Shown here: positions 1-8,941 of the stretch, one piece after another
Layout: every line of letters starts with the position of its first letter
How positions within the stretch are numbered: position 1 is the stretch's first letter
NCBI GenBank assembly: GCA_041695325.1
Contig: JBGFRC010000050.1
Location: 6,435-70,434, forward strand
Direction: 5' to 3'
Length of the DNA stretch: 64,000 bases
Source: Pseudomonadota bacterium
GTDB lineage: Bacteria; Pseudomonadota; Gammaproteobacteria; SURF-13
Position numbers and translations under genes: made by a program
The notes under the pieces: generated by a model
What the model was told of the DNA's origin: nothing
Databases searched by the model: none
The model's input: only the letters and a program-made list of their open reading frames with translations

Positions 1-744
1 GGCGTCAGGGAAAAGGCGGCGGCCCCGCCCACCTTGCATGCCGAAGCGCTCGACGCGCCGCTGCAGCCGGACGCCGTGGAAGCCGCGCCGCGATTCAGCA
101 CCCTCGACACGGAACGGCCGGAGTTGTCCGCTACCCCGGCGGAATTTACCCTGAGCGCAGCCGAGGGAGTCGGGGCGGACAAATCCCAGGCGATTGAATC
201 CACCGAGCCGGAAGCCCCCCTTGCGCCAATGGCGCAAAAATCTTACTGCTGGCTCAGCACCGGCGCCTGGAGCCTGGCCATCGCCGGTCTGATCGCGCTA
301 TTGCTCGCGCAATATCTCTACTTCGCGCGCAACGAGCTCGCGCGTCACGCCGAGCTGCGCCCCGCGCTCGGCGCGTTTTGCTCGGCGCTCAATACCATTG
401 TTCCGTGCGCTATAGCGCTGCAACGCGACATCCGGCGCATCGAGGTGGAGAACCGCACGGTGCAGCTGCACCCCGGTGCGCCCGACGCGCTGCTGATCCA
501 GCTCACGCTGGTAAACAAGGCGCGCTTCGCCCAACCCTACCCCGTGCTGGAGCTCAGCTTCACTGATTTAAACGCAAACCTGATCGCGCAACGCCGCTTT
601 CAGCCCGGCGACTATCTGGAGCACGGCGTGAGCATCGCTGACGGCATGACGCCGGACATTCCGTTGCAGGTGACGCTGGAGCTCGCCGCGCCGGAAAACG
701 GCCTGAACTTTGAACTTTCGTCCTGGAATCTGGCGCTGTACTGA
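1..744 (+). CDS. Membrane protein, 3' portion (DUF3426-like; TM helix then periplasmic domain). Frame is open to the window edge, so the true start lies upstream.
   Basis: ORF-track frame 34..744 has no stop back to nt 1. TM segment WSLAIAGLIALLLAQYLYF is followed by a ~150-aa domain resembling DUF3426 family proteins. Stop TGA at 742-744. Confidence 0.45.
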   Translation, partial: GVREKAAAPPTLHAEALDAPLQPDAVEAAPRFSTLDTERPELSATPAEFTLSAAEGVGADKSQAIESTEPEAPLAPMAQKSYCWLSTGAWSLAIAGLIALLLAQYLYFARNELARHAELRPALGAFCSALNTIVPCAIALQRDIRRIEVENRTVQLHPGAPDALLIQLTLVNKARFAQPYPVLELSFTDLNANLIAQRRFQPGDYLEHGVSIADGMTPDIPLQVTLELAAPENGLNFELSSWNLALY

Positions 745-746
745 CT

Positions 747-901
747 AGCAGTTCGTTGAAAAACGAACTGCTAAGCGCCACAGGGGCGTGCCGCATCGAA
801 AATCAAACACGCAAGTGTTTGATTTTCGGAGCGAGGCGCGGACATGTGCCGCGCCGAAGCGAGTTGAAAAAGGCCAGGACGGCCTTTTTCAACAAACTGC
901 T
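747..901. mobile_element. MITE-like repeat, copy A (~155 bp). Terminal inverted repeats (TIRs) (c)tagcagttcgttgaaaaa / tttttcaacaaactgctag with 4 internal hairpins, between convergent genes.
   Basis: About 90% identical to 33374-33612 outside an 84-bp indel. TIRs differ by 1 nt. CTAG at both ends. TGA of the upstream gene abuts the left end and TAG of the GGDEF gene lies in the right end. Confidence 0.7.
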
Positions 902-1892
902 AGACTGAAACGCAGTTGCGGCCTTTCTCCCTGGCGCGGCGGAGGGCGGCGTTGGCGGCGGCGTAGACGTCCTCCGTGCTGCTGTCCGGCCCGGCCTGGG
1001 CAAGGCCGATGGAGACGGTGATATTGGACAGGCTGATGTTATCGGGCAGGGTGAAATTCATCTTGTTGACCTCGTCCACCAGCCGCTGCGCAATGCGCCG
1101 CCCCTGCTCCAGTTCCGTCTCGGGCAGTGCCACCAGAAACTCCTCCCCGCCGTAGCGCGCCACCACGGCGTCCGGGCGCACGTGCTCGGTAAGCACGCGC
1201 GCCAAGGCCAGCAAGGCGCGGTCGCCGGCCGTGTGGCCGTGCCGCTCGTTGTAGCTTTTGAAGTGGTCCACGTCCACCAGCAACAAAACCACGCTCCCGC
1301 CGTCGAAGGTGTAGCGCTCGTGCATGCGCGCAAACAACTCGTCGAAGCGGCGCCGGTTGTACAGCCCGGTAAGCGCATCGGTGCCGGCGTACAGCTCGTA
1401 CTGCTCCAGCAGCTTGATGCTGTCCAGAATAACCTGATTGTCGCGTTGCAGGCGGCGCGCGATGATATACAGCAGATTGCGCGCCACGCCGTGCGACACG
1501 CGCACCATGGTCCACAGCGTTTTCTGTTTTATCACCAGCAACACGCTGTCTTCATTCGCCACCACGTACGCCGAGGGCGTAGCCTCGGTGATGATGGAGA
1601 TCTCGCCCACGCACTCGCCGCTGTCGAGCTTGAGCAGGGGCGCGCCTTCCGGGCCATCGAGATGCACGCTCAGGCCGCCGCTGAGCAATATGTATAAATT
1701 GTCGTTTTTCTTGGTTGGCGCAAGCAGCGTTTCCCCCTTCCTGATCTGCATGAGCGCACACTCCTCCAGCAGATAATTGACCCCTTCCAGGCTCATGCCA
1801 TTGAACAGCGCCGCCTGTCTGATCAGCTTACGGTAAGGCTCAGCGGTCGGAATAAGCCGAAGATCTTTGTTTTTCAAAATGGCCATACTCAA
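900..1892 (-). CDS. Diguanylate cyclase with an N-terminal cyclic-nucleotide-binding (cNMP) domain and a C-terminal GGDEF domain
   Basis: 330 aa. cNMP-binding-like N-terminus (GECVGEISII...). GGDEF domain with RYGGEEF active-site motif, DxLTGLxNRR and HF-K-NE-GH motifs. Confidence 0.85.
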   Translation of the reverse strand: MSMAILKNKDLRLIPTAEPYRKLIRQAALFNGMSLEGVNYLLEECALMQIRKGETLLAPTKKNDNLYILLSGGLSVHLDGPEGAPLLKLDSGECVGEISIITEATPSAYVVANEDSVLLVIKQKTLWTMVRVSHGVARNLLYIIARRLQRDNQVILDSIKLLEQYELYAGTDALTGLYNRRRFDELFARMHERYTFDGGSVVLLLVDVDHFKSYNERHGHTAGDRALLALARVLTEHVRPDAVVARYGGEEFLVALPETELEQGRRIAQRLVDEVNKMNFTLPDNISLSNITVSIGLAQAGPDSSTEDVYAAANAALRRAREKGRNCVSV

Positions 1893-1997
1893 TACGTCAA
1901 GACGCCGCCTTGGGTTTCCGCGCCCTTTACGGACTCGACCCGGCGGCCTTTAAACTGACGTAAAGATACACCATCTTTATCTGTTAGAATAGCAATG

Positions 1998-2440
1998 GGA
2001 GTCGGCCAGACAGCCGCTCCGCGTCTTAACCGGCGCGGGGAGGAAAGTCCGGGCTCCACAGGGCAAGGCGCCAGGTAACGCCTGGGAGGCGCAAGCCTAC
2101 GGAAAGTGCCACAGAAAATATACCGCCCCGCACCTTCCCCACAGATCGCACTTTAGGAATTCCATGCCGCGACTCTACCAGAGGACGCGACAATAGTTTC
2201 CAAGGCGCGCTCTGCGGGGAAGGTGCGGGGTAAGGGTGAAAAGGTGCGGTAAGAGCGCACCGCGTCTCTGGCAACAGAGGCGGCAGGGTAAACCCCGCCT
2301 GGAGCAAGACCAAATAGGGAAACACGGGTGCGGCCCGCACTGTTTCCGGGTAGGTTGCTTGAGGTGCGCGGCGACGCGCATCCCAGAGGAATGGCTGTCC
2401 ACGACAGAACCCGGCTTACCGGCCGGCTCCCGCTTACTCA
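1998..2440 (+). ncRNA. rnpB: RNase P RNA (M1 RNA, bacterial type A)
   Basis: Colinear with E. coli M1 RNA: GGAGGAAAGTCCGGGCTCCACAGGGCA (P4 region), GCCAGGTAACGCCTGGG, GGTAAGGGTGAAAAGGTGCGGTAAGAGCGCACC, ACAGAACCCGGCTTACCGG near the 3' end. Ends are approximate (+/-10 nt). Confidence 0.9.
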
Positions 2441-2482
2441 ACCCGTTCTCCCGCCCCGCACACCAGCCACCAGCAATTTTGC

Positions 2483-2512
2483 TTGACATTTGTGCGCCTT
2501 ACTCCCTATAGT
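2483..2512 (+). promoter_or_regulatory. Sigma70-type promoter of the dcw cluster (Pmra): -35 TTGACA (2483-2488), 18-bp spacer, -10 TATAGT (2507-2512)
   Basis: Near-consensus hexamers ~70 nt upstream of the mraZ start. Position matches the known Pmra of E. coli. Confidence 0.6.
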
Positions 2513-2536
2513 GGAAAAATGTGGGGTAAAGTGGGT
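2511..2536 (+). promoter_or_regulatory. Putative MraZ operator: three direct TGGNN repeats (GTGGA / GTGGG / GTGGG) at exact 10-bp spacing, overlapping and just downstream of the -10
   Basis: gTGGAaaaatgTGGGgtaaagTGGGttaaa. E. coli MraZ binds three TGGGN direct repeats with the same periodicity at Pmra. Confidence 0.55.
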
Positions 2537-2579
2537 TAAAGCGCCTTCGGATCAGGCGCCATGATCCGGGGAGGGGCGA

Positions 2580-3038
2580 TTGTTTCGAGGCATCCATGCG
2601 CTGACGCTCGACGTCAAAGGGCGGCTTGCGATACCGAGCAAGCACCGCGACGCGCTTGCGGCGCAGTGCCTGGGGCGGCTGGTGTGCACCATAGACCCGG
2701 ACAGCCGCTGTCTGTGGCTGTATCCGCTGCCGGCCTGGGAGGAGATCGAGCACGTCCTGGACGGCCTGCCCAGTCTGGACGAAGCCGCGCGGCGCATGCA
2801 GCGATTGCTCATCGGTCATGCCACGGAGTGCGAGCTGGACGCGCAGGGGCGCCTGCTGCTGCCGCCGCCGTTGCGCGAGTTCGCCGCGCTCAATAAACGC
2901 GTGGTGCTGATCGGCCAGGGCAAGAAATTCGAGATTTGGGACGAGGCCGAGTGGAACGGCCGGCGCGAGGAGTGGCTCAAGATGGACGCGCGCGATTATC
3001 GGCAGTTGTCCGATGAGCTGAAAAAGCTGTCGTTGTGA
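2580..3038 (+). CDS. mraZ: Transcriptional regulator MraZ
   Basis: 152 aa, two SpoVT/AbrB-like halves. N-terminus MFRGIHALTLDVKGRLAIPSKHRD is typical of MraZ. First gene of the dcw cluster. Confidence 0.95.
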   Translation: MFRGIHALTLDVKGRLAIPSKHRDALAAQCLGRLVCTIDPDSRCLWLYPLPAWEEIEHVLDGLPSLDEAARRMQRLLIGHATECELDAQGRLLLPPPLREFAALNKRVVLIGQGKKFEIWDEAEWNGRREEWLKMDARDYRQLSDELKKLSL

Positions 3039-3053
3039 GGAGAAGGGTAAGAC

Positions 3054-4001
3054 ATGCCGGAGGGCGTCATGCATCAGCCGGTCATGTTGCAGGAAGTCAT
3101 GGAGTGGCTGGCGGTGCGCCCGGAAGGTGTTTACGTGGACGCCACCTTCGGGCGCGGCGGCCACGCGCAGGCCATCATGGAGCGGCTGGGGCCGCACGGG
3201 CGGCTGCTGGCGCTGGACAAGGACCCGCAGGCGGTGGCGGCGGCGCAGCGGAAATTCGCCACGGAGCGGCGCTTCGAGGTGGTGCGAGGGTCGTTCGCAA
3301 TGCTTGGTGCATACGTGGAACAACGCGGCTGGCGCGGCAAGGTGAGCGGCGTGCTGCTTGACCTCGGCGTGTCGTCGCCGCAACTGGAAGACGCGGAGCG
3401 CGGCTTCAGCTTCCTGCGCGACGGCCCGCTTGACATGCGCATGGACCCGGACGCCGGTGTCAGCGCGGCGGCGTGGCTGGCCAAGGCGCAGGAAAATGAG
3501 ATCGCCGACGTGCTCTATCGCTACGGCGAGGAGCGTTACGCCAGGCGCATCGCGCGCGCCATCGTGCACGCGCGCAAACAAGCGCCCATCACGCGCACCC
3601 TGCAACTGGCCGACGTCGTGAGCCGGGCGCATCCGCGCTGGGAGCGCGGCAGGCATCCGGCCACAAAAAGCTTTCAGGCGCTGCGTATCTTCATCAATCA
3701 GGAACTGTCTGAACTGGAAAGCGGTCTAATTCAGAGTCTCGATGTATTGGCCCCGCGCGGGCGTCTCGTCGTCATCAGCTTTCATTCCCTCGAAGATCGC
3801 ACCGTGAAGCGCTTTATCCGCGACCAGGCGCGCGCGCAGCCGCCCGCGCTGAAAAGTCTCGGCAAGGCGCGCCGTCCGGCGCGCGCAGAGATCAGCGTCA
3901 ATCCGCGCGCGCGCAGCGCGGTGCTGCGCGGCGCGGAGCGCCTGCGCCAGCCAAGGACGGCTCAGTGTCGCGGGGGGCAGGATGCCGGGAGCGACCCATG
4001 A
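3054..4001 (+). CDS. rsmH: 16S rRNA (cytosine1402-N4)-methyltransferase RsmH (MraW)
   Basis: 315 aa. HQPVMLQEV...DATFGRGGHA SAM-binding motif, LLDLGVSSPQLD, FHSLEDR motifs. Confidence 0.95.
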   Translation: MPEGVMHQPVMLQEVMEWLAVRPEGVYVDATFGRGGHAQAIMERLGPHGRLLALDKDPQAVAAAQRKFATERRFEVVRGSFAMLGAYVEQRGWRGKVSGVLLDLGVSSPQLEDAERGFSFLRDGPLDMRMDPDAGVSAAAWLAKAQENEIADVLYRYGEERYARRIARAIVHARKQAPITRTLQLADVVSRAHPRWERGRHPATKSFQALRIFINQELSELESGLIQSLDVLAPRGRLVVISFHSLEDRTVKRFIRDQARAQPPALKSLGKARRPARAEISVNPRARSAVLRGAERLRQPRTAQCRGGQDAGSDP

Positions 4002-4273
4002 GGCTGGCCGCGCGCCACGCCTGGCTTGCGCTGCTCGCGGCGGCGGTGCTGGCGTCGGCGCTCGGCGTGGTGTACAGCAAACATCAGAGCCGCAAGCTGT
4101 TCATGGAATTACAGGCGCTGCAGCAGGAGCGCGACGCGCTCAACATCGAGTGGGGGCAATTGCAGCTCGAGGAAAGCACCTGGGCCACGCACGCGCGCAT
4201 CGAGGAGCAGGCGCGCGTGAAGTCGGGTCTGATCTCTCCCGCCCCGCGCGACGTAGTGATCGTCAAGCCGTGA
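3998..4273 (+). CDS. ftsL: Cell division protein FtsL
   Basis: Small bitopic protein with one TM helix then a coiled coil (LFMELQALQQERDALNIEWGQLQLEES). ATG 3998 overlaps the rsmH stop (ATGA). The ORF track offers an upstream alternative start at 3965. Confidence 0.8.
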   Translation: MRLAARHAWLALLAAAVLASALGVVYSKHQSRKLFMELQALQQERDALNIEWGQLQLEESTWATHARIEEQARVKSGLISPAPRDVVIVKP

Positions 4274-6000
4274 ACGCGCCGCGCCGGAATGGTTACCCGC
4301 TGCGCCGCGCCGCGCTGGCTTGTGTGTTCGGCGCGGCCGCGCTTGTGCTCGCGTGGCGCGCGGCGGACTTGCAACTTGGCGCGGCGCAATTCCTGCAAGA
4401 GCAAGGCGACGCGCGGAGCCTGCGCACCGTGACCGTGGCGGCGCACCGCGGCACGATTACCGACCGGCGCGGCGAGCCGCTCGCCATCAGCACCCCGGTG
4501 GATTCGGTGTGGGCCCAGCCGCGATTGCTGCTGGACGCGCCGGAACAGCACCCCGCGCTCGCCAGGCTGCTCCCTCTGGAGGTACGCCAGCTGCGCACTT
4601 ATCTTGAGGCGCGCGTGGAACGCGAATTCGTGTATCTCAAGCGGCGCGTGAACCCCGATCTGGCGGAGCGGGTAACGGCGCTGAACGCACCCGGCGTGGC
4701 GTTACAGCGTGAGTACCGCCGTTATTATCCGGCGGGCGAGGTCACCGCGCAGTTGCTCGGCTTTACCGGGGTGGACGACACCGGCCAGGAAGGCCTGGAG
4801 CTGGCGTTTGACCACTGGCTGCAGGGCCGGGAAGGCGTAAAGCGCGTCATCAAGGATCGTCTGGGGCGCGTCGTTGCCGACGTCGAAAGCCTGCGTGCGC
4901 CGCGCCCCGGGCGTGACCTGCGCCTCTCCGTGGACAAACGCATCCAGTATCTTGTCTACCGCGAATTGAAAAGCGCGCTCGCCGAGCACCGCGCGCAATC
5001 CGGTTCGGCGGTGGTGCTCGACGCGCACAGCGGCGAGGTGCTGGCCATGGTGAGCCTGCCCGCCTACAACCCCAACAATCTGGACGAGGCGCGCGGCGCT
5101 TCCTTACGCAACCGCGCCGTCACCGACAGCTTCGAACCCGGCTCGACCATCAAGCCGTTCACCATCGCCGCGGCGCTGGAGGCGGGTCTGTATCGCGCCG
5201 ACACGCCGATAGACACCGCGCCGGGATTCTTTAAAGTCGGCGGAAAGGACATCCGCGATCTGCACAATTACGGACGCCTGGACCTCGCCGGCGTGATCCA
5301 GAAGTCGTCCAACGTGGGTGCGGCCAGGATTGCCTTGAGCCTGCCGCCGGAGCGGTTGTGGCGCACCTTTTCCGGCGCTGGACTGGGACAGCCTACGGGC
5401 AGCGGTTTTCCGGGCGAGGCGGGCGGCGTGCTGCGCCCTCATCAGAAATGGCACAAGATCGAACGCGCCACGCTCGCTTTCGGTTACGGCCTGTCGGTCA
5501 CCTTGCTGCAGCTGGCCCAGGCCTACAGCGTGCTCGCCAACGACGGGGTGCTGAAACCTGTGTCCTTTGTCAGCGGCGCCCGCGGCGAACCGCGTGCGGT
5601 GCTCGCCCCCGCCACCGCGCAGAGCGTGCGCGCCATGATGGAACGCGTCACCGGCGAAGGCGGCACCGCGCTGCTGGCGCGCGTGCCCGGCTATCGCGTG
5701 GCGGGCAAAACCGGCACGGTGCGCAAGCTTGAGCGCCACGGTTACAGTGAAGACCGCTATCTCTCCTTGTTCGCCGGCATGGCGCCGGCCAGCCGCCCGC
5801 GCCTGGTGATAGCGGTGGTCATCAACGAACCCGCGGGCGGTCACTATTACGGCGGCCTCGTGGCGGCGCCGGTGTTCGCCAAGGTGATGGCGGGCAGCCT
5901 GCGCCTGTTGAACGTCGCGCCGGATGACCTTGCGTCCTTAAAGGTTGCCGGCCTCGATACCCGCATGATGGCGCGCTCTGTTTCAGGGGGCGGCGAATGA
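4270..6000 (+). CDS. ftsI: Peptidoglycan D,D-transpeptidase FtsI (PBP3)
   Basis: Frame of ORF 3982..6000; probable GTG start at 4270 overlapping the ftsL stop. TM helix, SxxK (STIKP), SxN and KTG(T) motifs of class B PBPs. Confidence 0.9.
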   Translation: MNAPRRNGYPLRRAALACVFGAAALVLAWRAADLQLGAAQFLQEQGDARSLRTVTVAAHRGTITDRRGEPLAISTPVDSVWAQPRLLLDAPEQHPALARLLPLEVRQLRTYLEARVEREFVYLKRRVNPDLAERVTALNAPGVALQREYRRYYPAGEVTAQLLGFTGVDDTGQEGLELAFDHWLQGREGVKRVIKDRLGRVVADVESLRAPRPGRDLRLSVDKRIQYLVYRELKSALAEHRAQSGSAVVLDAHSGEVLAMVSLPAYNPNNLDEARGASLRNRAVTDSFEPGSTIKPFTIAAALEAGLYRADTPIDTAPGFFKVGGKDIRDLHNYGRLDLAGVIQKSSNVGAARIALSLPPERLWRTFSGAGLGQPTGSGFPGEAGGVLRPHQKWHKIERATLAFGYGLSVTLLQLAQAYSVLANDGVLKPVSFVSGARGEPRAVLAPATAQSVRAMMERVTGEGGTALLARVPGYRVAGKTGTVRKLERHGYSEDRYLSLFAGMAPASRPRLVIAVVINEPAGGHYYGGLVAAPVFAKVMAGSLRLLNVAPDDLASLKVAGLDTRMMARSVSGGGE

Positions 6001-7568
6001 TGGCCGCCGGGCAATCCTTGACGACCCCCGCGCACAAGCTGAGCGAGCTGCTTGCCGGGCTCGCCAGCGTGGAGGCACGCGCGGATCGCGCCATCCTCGG
6101 CCTGTCGCTGGACAGCCGCAAGACCCGGCCCGGAGACCTGTTTCTGGCCTGCCAGGGCGCGCAAGCCAACGGCGCGGACTTCATCGCCGAGGCGCTCAAG
6201 GCGGGCGCGGTGGCAATAGCCTGCGACAGCTCTGCGCTGCAAGCGGCGCCGCGCGCGCGGCCCCGTCCTGAGCGCGGCGTGCCGCTGTTCGGCATCGAAA
6301 ACCTGCACCAGCACGCGGGCGTCATTGCGGCGCGCTTCTATGATCAGCCGGCCAGGGACATGCAGCTGACCGCCGTGACCGGCACCAACGGCAAAACCAC
6401 CGTGGCCAATCTGCTCGCCGCAGTATTGCACGCCGTCCCCGCGCGCGCGCCATGCGGCCTGATCGGCACCCTGGGCTACGGCTTGTACGGCAAGACCAGG
6501 CCCGGCGCGCACACCACGCCCGATGCGCTCACCCTGCAAGGGCTGCTGGCCGAATTCCGCGCCCAGGGCGTCAAGAGCGTGGTGATGGAGGCTTCGTCCC
6601 ACGGCCTGGAACAGGGACGCATGAATGCGGCGCCGGTTCACACTGCAATCTTCACCAATCTGAGCCGCGATCATCTGGATTACCACGGCGACATGGCGGC
6701 ATACGCCGCGGCCAAGCGCCGTTTGTTCTTCATGCCCGGTCTGAAGTGCGCGGCGATCAACAGCGACGACGAATACGGGCGCACGCTGCTCAAGGGGCTA
6801 CCCGCGGGCCTCATCACGCTGAGCTACGGCTTGCAGGCCGCGCCGCAGGGGCTTCCGCAGGTGCGCGGCAACATCGTGCGCATGAATGCGCACGGCCTGC
6901 GGCTGGCGGTCAGCACGCCGTGGGGCGCGGGCACACTGGAAAGCACGCTGTTCGGCAAGTTCAACGCCTCCAACCTGCTTGCCGTGCTTGCCGCGCTGCT
7001 GCTCATGGACATGCCGCTCAACGAGGCGCTGACGCGCCTGGCCAGGGCCAGGACCGTCCCCGGGCGCATGGAGCGCTTCAGCGGCGCAGCGCACCAACCC
7101 ACGCTGGTAGTGGATTACGCGCACACACCGGATGCGCTGCGCCAGGCGCTCACCGACTTGCGCGCGCATCTGGGCGACGAGGCCAGGCTGTGGTGCGTGT
7201 TCGGCTGCGGCGGCGAACGCGATCGCGGCAAGCGCCCGCTGATGGGCGCGGTGGCGGAGCAGTACGCGGATTATCTGGTGGTGACCGACGACAATCCGCG
7301 CAACGAAGACGCGGTGAGCATCATCGCCGACATTTTATCCGGCATGAGCAACCCGGACGGCGCTTATATTCAGCGCGACCGCGCCCAGGCCATCGCCTTC
7401 GCCATGCAACACGCGGCGCAACATGACGTGGTGCTGATCGCGGGCAAGGGCCATGAGGAGTACCAGATCATGGGCGCGCGCAAGATCCCGTTCTCCGACC
7501 GGCGCGAGGCGCGCCGCCTGCTGCATCTCAGCGGCAACGGCCACGCCACGCACCAGGAGAGAACATGA
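5997..7568 (+). CDS. murE: UDP-N-acetylmuramoyl-L-alanyl-D-glutamate--2,6-diaminopimelate ligase
   Basis: 523 aa. Mur ligase P-loop GTNGKTT, DNPR motif. Position between ftsI and murF. Confidence 0.95.
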   Translation: MMAAGQSLTTPAHKLSELLAGLASVEARADRAILGLSLDSRKTRPGDLFLACQGAQANGADFIAEALKAGAVAIACDSSALQAAPRARPRPERGVPLFGIENLHQHAGVIAARFYDQPARDMQLTAVTGTNGKTTVANLLAAVLHAVPARAPCGLIGTLGYGLYGKTRPGAHTTPDALTLQGLLAEFRAQGVKSVVMEASSHGLEQGRMNAAPVHTAIFTNLSRDHLDYHGDMAAYAAAKRRLFFMPGLKCAAINSDDEYGRTLLKGLPAGLITLSYGLQAAPQGLPQVRGNIVRMNAHGLRLAVSTPWGAGTLESTLFGKFNASNLLAVLAALLLMDMPLNEALTRLARARTVPGRMERFSGAAHQPTLVVDYAHTPDALRQALTDLRAHLGDEARLWCVFGCGGERDRGKRPLMGAVAEQYADYLVVTDDNPRNEDAVSIIADILSGMSNPDGAYIQRDRAQAIAFAMQHAAQHDVVLIAGKGHEEYQIMGARKIPFSDRREARRLLHLSGNGHATHQERT

Positions 7569-8941
7569 TCCGCATGCATCTGTCCGAGGCGGCGCGTGTG
7601 CTGGAGGCGGAACGGACCGGGGCCGACCTGGAATTTTCGGGTGTGTCCACGGATACGCGCAGCTTGCAGAAGGACAATCTGTTTGTCGCCCTGCAGGGTC
7701 CGCGCTACGACGGCCACGATTTCATCGAGCAGGCGCGCGCCCGCGGCGCGGCGGGCGTGCTGGTGCAGCGGCGCGTTGAAACATCGCTCGCCACGCTCAT
7801 CGTCACGCACACGCGCCTGAGTCTGGGCAAGCTCGCCGCCGACTGGCGCCGGCGCTTTGACCTCCCGCTGGTCGCGGTCACCGGCAGCAACGGCAAAACC
7901 ACGGTCAAGGAGATGATCGCCGCGATTTTAAACCGGCGCGGTGCTGCGCTGGTCACGCAGGGCAACCTCAACAACGACATCGGCGTGCCGCTTACGCTGC
8001 TGGCCTTAAGCGCCATGCACCGTTACGCGGTGATAGAAATGGGCGCCAATCACGCGGGCGAGATCGCCCATCTCACGGAGCTCGCGCGCCCTACGGTGGC
8101 GCTCATCACCAACGCCGGACCGGCGCACCTGGAGGGCTTCGGCAGCATCGAAGGCGTGGCGCGCGCCAAGGGCGAAATCTATTCCGGCCTCGGCGAACAC
8201 GGCGTGGCCGTCATCAACCATGATGATCTCTACAGCCCGCTGTGGCGCACGCTAGCACGCAACCATCGGTGCTTAAGCTTCGGCCTGAAACCCGGTGCGG
8301 ATGTGACGGGAGAGTTCGTCATGCTGGACGGCGCCACGCGCCTGCGCCTGCACACTCCGCACGGGGGAGCCACCGTATACCTGAAGCTGCTCGGCAGGCA
8401 CAATGCCTTGAACGCATTGGGCGCGTGCGCCGCGGCGCTGGCGGCGGGCGCGGGGCTGGAGGAAGTGCGCGCCGGCCTGGAAAGCATGACCCCCGTGAAA
8501 GGGCGCCTGGAGAGCAAACGCGGCGTGCACGGCGCGCAGATCATTGATGACACCTACAACGCCAATCCCGCCTCGCTCAAGGCGGCGCTCGATCTCCTCG
8601 CCGATCTGCCCGCGCCGCGCTGGCTGATATTGGGCGACATGGCGGAGCTCGGGCGGCAAGGCGCGGCATTACACGCCGAGGCGGGCAGAGTAGCGCGCGC
8701 GCGCGGCGTCGAGCGCCTGTTCGCCACGGGCGAGCTGTCACGCTTTGCGGTGCAGAGCTTCGGCCCCGGCGCGGACCACTTCAGCGATCACCGCCATCTC
8801 GCGGACGTAGTGCACATGGAGCTGGCCGCGCTGGCTCCTACGCCCGTCACGGTATTGATCAAAGGCTCGCGCGCCTCCGGCATGGAACGCGTGGCGGCAG
8901 CCCTCACTGAAACTTCCCTGGCCTCCGCGGGGGCGCACTGA
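7565..8941 (+). CDS. murF: UDP-N-acetylmuramoyl-tripeptide--D-alanyl-D-alanine ligase
   Basis: 458 aa. Mur ligase motif GSNGKTT, dcw position. Confidence 0.95.
   Translation: MIRMHLSEAARVLEAERTGADLEFSGVSTDTRSLQKDNLFVALQGPRYDGHDFIEQARARGAAGVLVQRRVETSLATLIVTHTRLSLGKLAADWRRRFDLPLVAVTGSNGKTTVKEMIAAILNRRGAALVTQGNLNNDIGVPLTLLALSAMHRYAVIEMGANHAGEIAHLTELARPTVALITNAGPAHLEGFGSIEGVARAKGEIYSGLGEHGVAVINHDDLYSPLWRTLARNHRCLSFGLKPGADVTGEFVMLDGATRLRLHTPHGGATVYLKLLGRHNALNALGACAAALAAGAGLEEVRAGLESMTPVKGRLESKRGVHGAQIIDDTYNANPASLKAALDLLADLPAPRWLILGDMAELGRQGAALHAEAGRVARARGVERLFATGELSRFAVQSFGPGADHFSDHRHLADVVHMELAALAPTPVTVLIKGSRASGMERVAAALTETSLASAGAH

Noticed and set aside
2499-3656. 385-aa ORF antisense to mraZ/rsmH, plus many similar long antisense or alternate-frame ORFs (e.g. 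5104-5844, 5847-6686, 8788-10467, 13670-15127, 16290-17564, 21846-24137, 24349-26223, 49786-51003, 56217-57665, 60748-62001)
   Set aside because: All lie opposite or out of frame to strongly conserved core genes. Their translations are Arg/Ala/Gly/Pro-rich low-complexity sequence typical of stop-codon-poor off-frames in 67% GC DNA. None has a recognisable domain.
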